64,000 bases of DNA from a virus. A model generated the notes under the pieces. That model was not told the DNA's origin. It was given only the letters and a program-made list of their open reading frames with translations, and did no database searches. A program made the position numbers and the translations under genes. The stretch lies in the IMG/VR virus record IMGVR_UViG_3300013772_000006, positions 2,596-66,595 of that record; one strand, written 5' to 3'. This document shows, piece by piece, positions 35,522 to 45,054 of the stretch; within the stretch, counting starts at the first letter, position 1, and each line of letters begins with the position of its first letter.

Positions 35522-38520
35522 CCAAACTACGCGACTTTTTTTCTACCATTGTGCCTTGGCCGGAACCCGGCCAGCCGGGCTATATCAATCTACATTACAC
35601 GATGACGCGCCCCGGTGTTGCGGGTAAGCCATTTTGGAGCGGCCTGCCTACGCGAACGGTTGACGACTTTCTTTCTCGAGCTGCCTGGGCCGTTAAGCAA
35701 GATTTCATAAAGGATATTTACTATCGCCTGTCCTTGCAATCCGAAAAGAGAACTGATAAAAAAGGCAAGGATAAACCGGTTCGACTACAGAAGAATGTCC
35801 TTTCACTCAAAGCGGTGTGGATCGATGTTGACGTCAAAGAGGAACCCAAGGGATATGCAACCATCGAGGCAGCGCTCGATGCGGTCGCCGCATTTGTTGA
35901 AGCGGCCGGCCTACCACCGCCTACTGCATTGGTTGGCTCTGGCGGCGGCTTACATATTTATTGGCGGAGCGCTCGTCCACTTTCACTAGAGGAATGGCAG
36001 CCGTATGCGGAAGGTATTAAAACTGCTGCTTTGGCTTTTGGTCTTCGATGTGATGCTGGATGTACTGTCGATAGTGCCCGTGTACTTCGCGTTCCAGGTA
36101 CCTTCAATCGCAAGATTGATCCGCCCCGCCCTGTGCGGCTTTTAGGGCTCCAGGAGAATGATTATGACTTCGAAACTGAACTTGCGGGAATTAAAGTTAT
36201 TCGCCCTCATAGCCCTCACGGGGGACTGGGTTCTAGCGATGCGATACTTACAGGCACCCCGGCTGCCACTTTTGCCGGTCTTAAACAAGAAAGCCTTGCG
36301 GCTGGCCTCACGTCGCCAGAAACGCCGCTCGACCCGAAACCCATAATGATGGGCTGCGCGTTCCTACGGGACGCGCTTCTCACCGGAGGAAAAGATTATG
36401 ACCAGCCCATGTGGAACCTTACAACTCTTGCTGCCACTTTCCTCGATGATGGGCAGGCGCTTGCTCATAAAATGGGGGCAGGGCATATCGAGTACACCGA
36501 GACTTCCACCGATGAGCTCTGGGCTCGAAAACTTCGCGAGCGCACGGATCGAGGTTTGGGATGGCCCAGTTGTCAAGCGATACAAGCTGCGGGAAGTAAA
36601 GTCTGCGCCACGTGCCCGCACTTCAAAGAAAAAAAGTCACCGCTCCACCTCACGCTCGTTGCCACACATACCCCCTCTACCCTATTGGCTAACAGTGCCA
36701 ACATTGGACAACAAATAGAATCCCTGTCTTTGCCTGACGGCTTTGAAGTACACGACGGTTATATATGCAAGATGTTCATGAAAGAGTCGAAGGAAGAGGA
36801 TCAGCCCCCGATTGCTGTTCCTCTAAAGCTGTTTCTGCGCCAGCTTTCCATGCCATTGGCCCATAAAGACGGTACTACCCATACCCTGAGTTTTACCACC
36901 TCCCTTGACAAAGGCTATACAGGTCGTGTATCTGTAGACCTTGAAACACTTATGGGCGGTGGTGTTGACCTGTTAAAGACAATAGGTCGCCTCGGGGTAA
37001 TGACCTACCCGCCTAACGAACGCTATATTAAGGAGTTTTTCATGTCCTGGTTATCAAAATTGAACGAGGCCAACGCGGCTACCAAATCCGTGCCGTTCGG
37101 TTGGTGGGTGGAAAATGGTCAGCGCCACGGCTTCGTGTATGGTGGCCTTATTGTAAAGGATGGGGGTCGGCCGCCAGCGCCCGCGGGCATGGGGGATGCG
37201 AATACCAGGGACATTTACCAACCAACGGGAGAAATACAGCCATGGATCGACGCCTGCAAGCTGGTGACCGATCAGCAGCGGCCCGAGTTAGATGCTATTA
37301 TTGCGGCCTCGTTCGCTGCGCCGCTCATGGTCAGCCCCGCCGAATACTCTGCACTGTTAAGCGCGTGGGGCGCCACTGGGGTTGGAAAGTCTACTGCTAT
37401 AAAAGTCGGACAGGCAGTGTGGGCACATCCAAAAAAGGCAAAAGAGGTCACACGGTCGACCGCTAACTCGGTGATCCACAAGATGGGTCAGCTGCGCAAC
37501 CTGCCCGTCTATTGGGACGAGATCAAAAACAAGAAGGCCCAAGGGCAAGTCTTTGAAACATTCTTCGCCGGCAGTGACGGCATCGGTCCGGGGCGGCTGA
37601 CGTCCAATATCGAGCAGCGGGCGCGTGATGACTGGCAGACGATGCTGATTATCGCCGCCAATCTTAGCTTTGTTGACCATGTTGTATCCGAACAAAAGAC
37701 CACCGCGGCCGGTATCTACCGGGTGTTCGAGTACCATATTCCGTCGGTTCTCCCGGATGCACCGGGGCAGATGAACTCGGCCGACGCCAGTCGAATCACC
37801 CAGGAGCTCGAGAATAACTTTGGGCAGGTCGGTATGCAGTATGCCAAGCTGCTCGGGTCGGATCCCAAAGCCGCGGACGCGTACACCATGGCGATCTATC
37901 ATGGATTTTATAAGCGGGTGAAAGCAAACAAGGAAGAACGGTTTTGGTCATCGATCTGTGGCTGTTTAATCGCCGGTGCATGCTACGCGAATATGTTCGG
38001 TGCCCAGATTAATGTCGAGCGATTGACGGAGTTTTTAATCGAGGCATATGAGAAAAACCGCCAGCGTTTGACCGAGGAAGCCACCGAGGGCGGCACGGTA
38101 ATAAACACCACCGAGGCGCTGACTGGCTTCCTTAAAGCGCACGTCGAGAACACGCTGTACACGGATACCTTTCCGGTTGGGAAGGGTAAGCCAAAACCCG
38201 TCGCGTGTATATTTGGCCCCGACCCCAATCGGCCGAAGCCAATTTATGTCCAGTGGGCTACCGAGGCGCGTAAGCTCCGGATCGCCCGTCCGCGCTTCGC
38301 CAAATATATGCACGAGAATAATATCTCGCACCAGCAAATACTTAATGGCTTGAAGGACTATTTTGGGGCCATATCAAGCTATGCTGTCCTAGGTGCTGGA
38401 ACGGTCCACACGTCCGGTCAAGAGCACATTATCACTATTCCGATACCAGAAGGGTCACCGTTCGAGGCCCAGATGCTCGCTCATGAACCGAAGGATATTG
38501 AGCAGGGGGATACCCTATGA
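35518..38520 (+). CDS. Primase-helicase (RepB/AEP-like primase + DUF927 + P-loop)
   Basis: WIDVD, SGGGLHIYW, RVLRVPGTFN; Walker A GATGVGKS; YWDE. Confidence 0.85.
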   Translation: MTKLRDFFSTIVPWPEPGQPGYINLHYTMTRPGVAGKPFWSGLPTRTVDDFLSRAAWAVKQDFIKDIYYRLSLQSEKRTDKKGKDKPVRLQKNVLSLKAVWIDVDVKEEPKGYATIEAALDAVAAFVEAAGLPPPTALVGSGGGLHIYWRSARPLSLEEWQPYAEGIKTAALAFGLRCDAGCTVDSARVLRVPGTFNRKIDPPRPVRLLGLQENDYDFETELAGIKVIRPHSPHGGLGSSDAILTGTPAATFAGLKQESLAAGLTSPETPLDPKPIMMGCAFLRDALLTGGKDYDQPMWNLTTLAATFLDDGQALAHKMGAGHIEYTETSTDELWARKLRERTDRGLGWPSCQAIQAAGSKVCATCPHFKEKKSPLHLTLVATHTPSTLLANSANIGQQIESLSLPDGFEVHDGYICKMFMKESKEEDQPPIAVPLKLFLRQLSMPLAHKDGTTHTLSFTTSLDKGYTGRVSVDLETLMGGGVDLLKTIGRLGVMTYPPNERYIKEFFMSWLSKLNEANAATKSVPFGWWVENGQRHGFVYGGLIVKDGGRPPAPAGMGDANTRDIYQPTGEIQPWIDACKLVTDQQRPELDAIIAASFAAPLMVSPAEYSALLSAWGATGVGKSTAIKVGQAVWAHPKKAKEVTRSTANSVIHKMGQLRNLPVYWDEIKNKKAQGQVFETFFAGSDGIGPGRLTSNIEQRARDDWQTMLIIAANLSFVDHVVSEQKTTAAGIYRVFEYHIPSVLPDAPGQMNSADASRITQELENNFGQVGMQYAKLLGSDPKAADAYTMAIYHGFYKRVKANKEERFWSSICGCLIAGACYANMFGAQINVERLTEFLIEAYEKNRQRLTEEATEGGTVINTTEALTGFLKAHVENTLYTDTFPVGKGKPKPVACIFGPDPNRPKPIYVQWATEARKLRIARPRFAKYMHENNISHQQILNGLKDYFGAISSYAVLGAGTVHTSGQEHIITIPIPEGSPFEAQMLAHEPKDIEQGDTL

Positions 38521-38714
38521 GCATCGATGGTATGCATCCGGGTGTTGTCGGCGGTAAGCGTGTGTTTCCGCGGTCCAATACCTGCGCCAACAGTTCCTTG
38601 CACAAGCGGTTGAACCGTGCTAAGGCAGGCATCGAGAAACACCTCGAGGCGCACCCTAAGGACGGGCGCAGTTCGACCCGACTAGCGGATATAAATCGGA
38701 TCCTCAAAGGATGA
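38517..38714 (+). CDS. Small basic hypothetical protein
   Basis: ATGA-coupled; KHLEAHPKD motif. Confidence 0.55.
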   Translation: MSIDGMHPGVVGGKRVFPRSNTCANSSLHKRLNRAKAGIEKHLEAHPKDGRSSTRLADINRILKG

Positions 38715-38720
38715 TGGAGC

Positions 38721-39158
38721 ATGACGACGATTTGTTTTCGGGCGGGTGTGCTGGCCGGGGATGGCCGGGAGACTATCCTCGAGGACCGGGAGAGCTCGTA
38801 CATCGACAACGACACGAGCATCAAAGTCTTCAAGCTGAAAGATGGAAGGCTTTTCGGCGCCAGCAAAACGTCCGAAGCGTGTCTACGTCTGCACGAGTCC
38901 CTCATAAAAGGCCATCCGGCCCCGAAGCTTGAGGATATCAACGGGCTGCTAATTGACCGGCGCGGCCGTATTTGGTTTTTTGAAGGTACAATGTGGTACC
39001 GGATCAAACACAAATACTTTGCAATTGGCTCCGGTGCCCGTTTTGCTTTGCCGGCCATGGACGCCGGGGCCACCGCGATCGAAGCTTGCAAGATCGGGAT
39101 CAAGCGGGATCCCTACTCGGGGGGCCAAGTTACATCAGTGAGGCTTGGACGGAAATGA
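38721..39158 (+). CDS. Proteasome-beta/HslV-like Ntn hydrolase
   Basis: N-terminal M-T-T-I, AGD, K, AIGSG..A, D.YSGG. Confidence 0.75.
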   Translation: MTTICFRAGVLAGDGRETILEDRESSYIDNDTSIKVFKLKDGRLFGASKTSEACLRLHESLIKGHPAPKLEDINGLLIDRRGRIWFFEGTMWYRIKHKYFAIGSGARFALPAMDAGATAIEACKIGIKRDPYSGGQVTSVRLGRK

Positions 39159-39164
39159 TCGCCC

Positions 39165-40247
39165 ATGATGCCGGTGAGCAGGAGGTTCGTCATCTCAGCT
39201 GGATTGTCCAGCATGCTTGTAACAAAAGACTGGACTAAAATGAATAGCACCATCACCCCCCAGCAATTCGATCCGCTCGCCGGGTCGCTTCATTATGACA
39301 GTACAGCAGCCATCACTACGGCTATTGCATCGACACCAGCCGGTGGTAAACTAACATTACCAGGCACTGAGAGCGGCTATTTGGTTTCTAATGGGTTCAC
39401 CATCACGCGACCCATCAACATCGTAGGCGACGGTGATGCAACCTCATTTACCGGTTCGCTGCCGGTGAACACCGACCTTTTCCATGTCACGCTTCCGGCC
39501 GGGGCTGTGATGCGTGATTTCTCGTTCACCGATATGAAGCTGTTGGTGACCGGCGCTAGAAGCTGGTTTCATATTGATACAACCGCGGCGGCTAACACGT
39601 ATTTGCCGGGACTGAGGATAGCGGACATTCTCGCGCCGGTCAGTCCGCTGCTCTATGGCATCTGGGCAGACGGGCTGGCGAACGGTGCTGGTCTATCACA
39701 AGCCGAGTTTGAGCGTTGTCAATTAACCGTCGATGGTCATAGCCCGAACGCCTGCATCATGTTGCAGAATGTCGGCGATAGTATACGTGTCAAGGGTGGC
39801 TTGATGACCGGTACCGCTTATGGGTTATATTTGGCACAAGTTTCCGGTGCTGGCAGTTTCATTCTTGATGGTACTAACATTACATCTTCTGGTGGACTCG
39901 TCGTGCAAAATGCCACAAAGCCGATATTCAGGGACTTCGAGATTGAGTTGTCTAATTTTGACATGCTTAAGCTGACTACTAATCCTGGCTTCGTCTCTTC
40001 GGGGGCCGCGATCTACATTGAAGCTGCTGACGGGGCCACCATCGGTCCGGGCCAAATACAGGCTATTGCCGGTTCCGTCAATTTCAATGAGGCGATTTAT
40101 CTAGGGGCCGTGGCAAACGTGTCTATTGATGATATGCGTTTTGCCAGTACCGTGGGTGGGATTGGCATAAACCGGGGTGCCGGGGCCAGTGGTACTAACA
40201 TTGGTACAAAAAATACCTTCAACGGTTTTATTATTAATGTCACATGA
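39165..40247 (+). CDS. Pectate-lyase-like parallel beta-helix protein
   Basis: DSTAAITTAI...GG.L.LP...Y.....I..PI.I.G.G start of fold, followed by Gly/Asn/Ile-rich coils. Confidence 0.7.
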   Translation: MMPVSRRFVISAGLSSMLVTKDWTKMNSTITPQQFDPLAGSLHYDSTAAITTAIASTPAGGKLTLPGTESGYLVSNGFTITRPINIVGDGDATSFTGSLPVNTDLFHVTLPAGAVMRDFSFTDMKLLVTGARSWFHIDTTAAANTYLPGLRIADILAPVSPLLYGIWADGLANGAGLSQAEFERCQLTVDGHSPNACIMLQNVGDSIRVKGGLMTGTAYGLYLAQVSGAGSFILDGTNITSSGGLVVQNATKPIFRDFEIELSNFDMLKLTTNPGFVSSGAAIYIEAADGATIGPGQIQAIAGSVNFNEAIYLGAVANVSIDDMRFASTVGGIGINRGAGASGTNIGTKNTFNGFIINVT

Positions 40248-40409
40248 GGCTTGGACGCCAATGACTTTGGAATACAGGTGCTCGAAGTGTGGGACATTAT
40301 TAGACACCAGTAATGCGGATGAACTAATTAATCACTATCTGGTTGTACCCTATCCGCGTAAACGACGTATAATGGATATCCTGTTATCGATTAAGCAATG
40401 GTGGCAAAA

Positions 40410-40586
40410 ATGAGCACTTCCTTTATTGAAGATATGGAAAATCTCGCGGCCATGATTGAATGGCTGCAACATGAGCTAAAAGAAATTGAGCTATATGCCG
40501 ATGCGTCATGCGAAGGCGCAGGCGAGCCGGAGTTTAGCCAGTTCAGTTGGATTGCGGCGCGGGCTCGTAGGGCAAGGGTACAATGA
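40410..40586 (+). CDS. Small hypothetical protein
   Basis: Last ORF of the + strand string. Confidence 0.4.
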   Translation: MSTSFIEDMENLAAMIEWLQHELKEIELYADASCEGAGEPEFSQFSWIAARARRARVQ

Positions 40587-40719
40587 GTGTCTGGCTGCTC
40601 CTAATCACGACCGCTTGTTATATCGGTGCCGCCCTAGCCGAGGCGCGCAACGGCCATTATCCTATGGCTCTAGTGTTTACCGGGTATACGATCGCCAACT
40701 TTGGCCTTATAGCCGCGCT

Positions 40720-41049
40720 TTAACCCTTGATCTGTTTCTTGGTGTTCGGCGGCGTATTGGGCTTTGTGGAGCCTTTTTCATAGTCGTCATCGTCGTCGTC
40801 TCTGCCCTCATCCTTATCGCGGAACTCGACTTCCTCTTTCAGGAATTGCCGGGTGCGACCTAGCACGGGTCCGCCGGCGGCGTAACCCGCGTCTCGAGGT
40901 TTCATTCCCTTACTGAGCATGGCTGAGCCTTTGTCTGCTTTGTTAAACTCTTTGGCGACCTTAACAGAGGGGCCGCCGCCCCCTGGCATTTTCCACCCGT
41001 GGCTAATTGCCGCCATGAGCCTAGCCTGTGGAGGTGTTGTACTTGGCAT
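40720..41049 (-). CDS. Small virion-associated protein with YAAGGPV motif
   Basis: MPS...QARLMAA..H N-terminus; follows the ejection genes. Confidence 0.55.
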   Translation of the reverse strand: MPSTTPPQARLMAAISHGWKMPGGGGPSVKVAKEFNKADKGSAMLSKGMKPRDAGYAAGGPVLGRTRQFLKEEVEFRDKDEGRDDDDDDYEKGSTKPNTPPNTKKQIKG

Positions 41050-41073
41050 TGATGAAGCCTTTCTTAATGTTGG

Positions 41074-44000
41074 CTATTGACGCCGGGCAATATCCCGGTT
41101 TTCAGCGTTTGTTTTTGCCCGCCAATCGCGGGTCTGGTACTTGCGTTGCTGTGCATCGTAGCGGGCCTTGTCCGCTTCTTGCGGCGGCGCTGTTCTAAGT
41201 GCGAAGAACCGGTCTATCAGGGTCAGGTTCGAACCACGAACCGGTGGTGTGTACATATTTTTAAGCGAGATCGGCGACATGTTTGTTAGTGCGTGTTGGG
41301 CGAACTGCGCGACTTGCGTCAACGGGTTCTCTCGTTTATCATAGATCACCTTGTTCCGCCAGTCTTCATTCATAAGCGCTTCCACGACCAGTTTCACCGG
41401 TGCTGATAGTTTGGCATAGACTTCCTTCGTGGGGCTGTTGTACCAGCCGACAATTTCCTTCTGGTAGCCTGGGAGCAGGGCGCGTTCCGGTTGGCCCGAT
41501 GGCAGTGTGCCGCCGGTCTGTGGGAACATGACATCCAGGCTTTGGGTTGGCACCAAGCCAGTTTTGATATATTGATAGGCACTATTTATCAGCGGAATAC
41601 CGATATAAAATCCCAACGCATAAGATGCATTTGGATCCCAATTTTTTCCGGCCGGGTTCATCCGCCCTTGCAGCAGGCTCTTGGTGCCGCCGCCAAGTGC
41701 TCGGACGGTGCCGAGGAACCATGAAGGCGCGTATATGAAGGTCTGGGCGAGCTGCTTGAAGGTCTTGTTCCAGTGGATGTTATCATAGTTCATTTCGCCC
41801 ATCACGTTATCAGAGGCGTCACCAATCCTTGCAGCCATTTCACTGATCTGCGGGTAGGTAGCGTCTGGATGCGCGCCCATCCAGGTTTTCATTGCCTCCA
41901 TTGATGCGCCGGTTTTCACACGCGGAATATAATAGTCAAAGAGGGGCGAGGCAATTGTTTGAACGACACGGCCGAGGCCGCTCATCACTTCTTTTCCCGC
42001 TTGCAGGGCTTGTCCGGCTAAACCCTGTTGTTCCATCACGTTGTTGATGGCATCTTTAAACTCACTCCCCAAGCTTCCACGCTGATATGCTGTAGCGAGA
42101 GTGGACTTCGCGGTAAATTTATAGGATGGGTCCGGATTTTTTATGATTGGCGCGTTCGCCTCTGTCAGTGCCTTCATGACGGCTTGAATTTCCGGCGGTG
42201 AGGACTCCGGATTTAGGTACCACTGTTGTCCCAGTTTGCCCTGTTGGTAGCGGTGATAAGGTGCCAAAGGGGATTGCGCGATCTTGGAGAGGGCTGCTTT
42301 GGGATCGGTGAATAACTTCGAAGCACCGAGGCCGAGGTCATATAGAAAACTCTCGTTGGTTATGGTAACACCGTGGAACATGTTGAACCCGAACAAAAGG
42401 CCGGTGGTGGCATTTGATATACGCTGGGCTGCATTTGCAATGGTCTGTGCCTCCGCGTTTCCCTTCCAGGGAGAGCTGATATGATTATTGTAGAGAGCCG
42501 CTACCTCTTTCGGTGCATACAGTTGGCCGTCTGGACGGCCAGCACGCCCAAGTATTGGATCCCATCCAGGCGGCACAGAAGTCGGAGGTTCAGGATGCCC
42601 TGACGCAGCTCCGCCGCCAGTGCTTTCAACATACTTCATCATCCCTTGCATAATGGATTGATCACGAATTTGCGAGGTAGCAATGAAGTCTCTCATACTC
42701 TCGGTATACCGGGCTCCTCCCTCGATCATATCGTTCGTGTCTAGTTCGAGCCCGGCTTTTAGGCCATCTGGAATAGTTGGATAGGCTCGGTGATGCATGC
42801 TCGAGGCGGACCCCTGTTTTTCGAACCACTGCGCTGTAAACTCATCAGCCGCTTCCTTATTCTTCCAGTACTGTGGGAAGGACTTCTGTAAGAACTCCTG
42901 TTGCTCCATCCCATTTAGGGTCTTAAGGTCGTTCTCCACAGCCTTATAGTTCGCCCACCAACCGGTAACGAGCTCACGGAGGTCGGGCCGCACCATATTC
43001 AGGTTGCCGGTATTGGCACCAATCATGGCATTGATCTTATCCTGTTCGGGCGCGGCGTTCAGGATAGGCCGGAACGGCTCCATGGCCGAGTAGAACGCCT
43101 GCTTCGCTTGCCCCTGGATACCGATGAATTTACGCATCATCAGGTCCATCTGTCGTGCCAACGGTGTGACTGTGTTGGGACTAATGATGCGCCCCAATAG
43201 GTTATTACGTAGCGACAGGGGGGCCTTTGGCGCTTGGCTGGAGGCGATTGCAGCTTGTGTAGCCGCTGGCGGTCCCGCAGGTGGTTCGGGTGCGGTCTCC
43301 GGCGTCTGCGGTTTCTGAAACGTACTCGAGTAGGAGGCTGGGTCATTTAGGTCAAATGGCACTTGCCCATACTCAGGCTTTGGATTAAGTAGCGCGGCTG
43401 TCCGTGCGGTGTCCGCCTTTTCTTTAGCGGCCGCCATCATTGTGTCAGTAGGAGCAGGTTCTCCTTCTGCTGGCGGATGCGCAAACGTGGCCGGGTTATT
43501 TGGATCATAGGCCGCGGGCGGGTAGTCGGGTTGTGGATTAAGCAGCTTTGCAGTCTGTTCCGTGGCCGCTTTTTCTCTCGCCGCCTGCATCATATCCGGC
43601 TGTTCGCCCGGCCGGGTATTAGCATAGGAGGCCGGATCATTTGGGTCAAACGGTACAGTCGTGTCTGGCTTCGGATTAAGTAGCGATGTGGATCGTTCCG
43701 TGGCCGCTTTTTCACGCGCCGCGGCCATCATCGGGCTCTGGTCTAATGCGGCCGCAAGAGTTGGATCAGTTACGCCTTCCGACATAAGGGACGTTGTTGG
43801 TACCGCATTATCCTTCGGTGCTGTTACGGTCGGCCGCGGGCCACCGGGAGGTTGCGGATGATCAACAGCTACTCCCGCTGCATCCGAGGCAATAGGTACC
43901 CGTTGACCCGGACTATCGAACGACGGATCTGATTTGTTGCCACCAATAGTTACCGTGCCACTTGGATCATAGTCAGGTTTTGGATTAAGGAGCGCCGCGG

Positions 44001-45042
44001 TGCGCTCTGTTGCTGCTTTTTCCCTAGCAGCCTGCATCATTTTCTCTTCGGGGTTAGCTGCCCCATACTCTTCGTCGGTCATTTCGTGACCTGGGAGCGG
44101 CTCTTCTTCTCCCCGCATCCCAGAGTATTCCTCTGGCAGATCAGGGTTGTATCCCGTTGCAGGCGCGCCTGTTTGCCGTTCGTCTGCTGCTTGTGCTTCC
44201 TGCGCGGCCGCGTCCCCCGCTGCTGCTTCGCCCCGGGCTTTAAGCCCACGACCGATCGCACCAACCCCTGCATGGCCGGCCATTAGTATACCTGTCAGCG
44301 CGGCGTTTTGCGCGCCAGCCGCTAGTATACCTTCGGTGACGTCGTCGCCTCGTGCTATGTTCTTACCGGCTTGTTCAGCCGTTCCGATCCCGCCTTGGAG
44401 CCCTGCTTGCGTGAAGATATGCATTAATATAGGTGCCGCTGCCTTAATTGGAAACGCTGCCCACGATACCGTGGAACCACCAGCGGTTATCGAGGCGGTC
44501 TTCATTGCTTCTGTAAACGCTTTATCCTTGTCCCCATCAAATTTTTGCAGGCCACTCTGATATTCATCGTAGAGGTCTTGAATACCACTGATGGCGCCAT
44601 AGCCAAGGGAGCCACTTGCCAGGCCTCCCGGGCCAGAGACAAGAGTGCCGGCTGAGCCGGCACCTAGACCGGCAATCAGGGCGGGTATTGATTTGAATAT
44701 CCCGTGGGTGATCTGCGCCGCTTCGCCAGTGAACTGTTCAGGTGCTTCCTGGGCTACGTCTTGGCCGCCGAGTAATTGGGCACCGCCGGCCAGGCTCTTG
44801 AAGCCTGCGGCTATACCACTTGGGATTGCGCCTAGGATACCCGTTTTCTCTGGCGGGGTGGCGGAATAGTCGCCGCTATTTGCGTCGGCAGCACTGATAA
44901 CCCGAGCTGGCGGGGTCGCCGAATAGTCACCGCTATTCGCCTCATCCGCCGATATGGTTTGCGGTGGTGGCGCGGCTGAATAGTCGCCGCTATTAGCTTC
45001 GTCCGTACTTACAGTCGGGAGTTCGTCTTGCTGGTCTGCCAC
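41074..45042 (-). CDS. Large internal virion (ejection) protein with internal repeats
   Basis: 1322 aa, third of three large genes after the tail module; repeated ANSGDYSA and MM.AA.EKA.T.....LLNP blocks. Confidence 0.7.
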   Translation of the reverse strand: MADQQDELPTVSTDEANSGDYSAAPPPQTISADEANSGDYSATPPARVISAADANSGDYSATPPEKTGILGAIPSGIAAGFKSLAGGAQLLGGQDVAQEAPEQFTGEAAQITHGIFKSIPALIAGLGAGSAGTLVSGPGGLASGSLGYGAISGIQDLYDEYQSGLQKFDGDKDKAFTEAMKTASITAGGSTVSWAAFPIKAAAPILMHIFTQAGLQGGIGTAEQAGKNIARGDDVTEGILAAGAQNAALTGILMAGHAGVGAIGRGLKARGEAAAGDAAAQEAQAADERQTGAPATGYNPDLPEEYSGMRGEEEPLPGHEMTDEEYGAANPEEKMMQAAREKAATERTAALLNPKPDYDPSGTVTIGGNKSDPSFDSPGQRVPIASDAAGVAVDHPQPPGGPRPTVTAPKDNAVPTTSLMSEGVTDPTLAAALDQSPMMAAAREKAATERSTSLLNPKPDTTVPFDPNDPASYANTRPGEQPDMMQAAREKAATEQTAKLLNPQPDYPPAAYDPNNPATFAHPPAEGEPAPTDTMMAAAKEKADTARTAALLNPKPEYGQVPFDLNDPASYSSTFQKPQTPETAPEPPAGPPAATQAAIASSQAPKAPLSLRNNLLGRIISPNTVTPLARQMDLMMRKFIGIQGQAKQAFYSAMEPFRPILNAAPEQDKINAMIGANTGNLNMVRPDLRELVTGWWANYKAVENDLKTLNGMEQQEFLQKSFPQYWKNKEAADEFTAQWFEKQGSASSMHHRAYPTIPDGLKAGLELDTNDMIEGGARYTESMRDFIATSQIRDQSIMQGMMKYVESTGGGAASGHPEPPTSVPPGWDPILGRAGRPDGQLYAPKEVAALYNNHISSPWKGNAEAQTIANAAQRISNATTGLLFGFNMFHGVTITNESFLYDLGLGASKLFTDPKAALSKIAQSPLAPYHRYQQGKLGQQWYLNPESSPPEIQAVMKALTEANAPIIKNPDPSYKFTAKSTLATAYQRGSLGSEFKDAINNVMEQQGLAGQALQAGKEVMSGLGRVVQTIASPLFDYYIPRVKTGASMEAMKTWMGAHPDATYPQISEMAARIGDASDNVMGEMNYDNIHWNKTFKQLAQTFIYAPSWFLGTVRALGGGTKSLLQGRMNPAGKNWDPNASYALGFYIGIPLINSAYQYIKTGLVPTQSLDVMFPQTGGTLPSGQPERALLPGYQKEIVGWYNSPTKEVYAKLSAPVKLVVEALMNEDWRNKVIYDKRENPLTQVAQFAQHALTNMSPISLKNMYTPPVRGSNLTLIDRFFALRTAPPQEADKARYDAQQRKYQTRDWRAKTNAENRDIARRQ

Positions 45043-45054
45043 ATGATCACCTTA

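Noticed and set aside
41052-41067. TTAA-N7-TTCAT as another CtrA-type promoter
   Set aside because: Only 2 nt from ATG 41049, so its -10 would fall inside the gene; geometry differs from the other sites.
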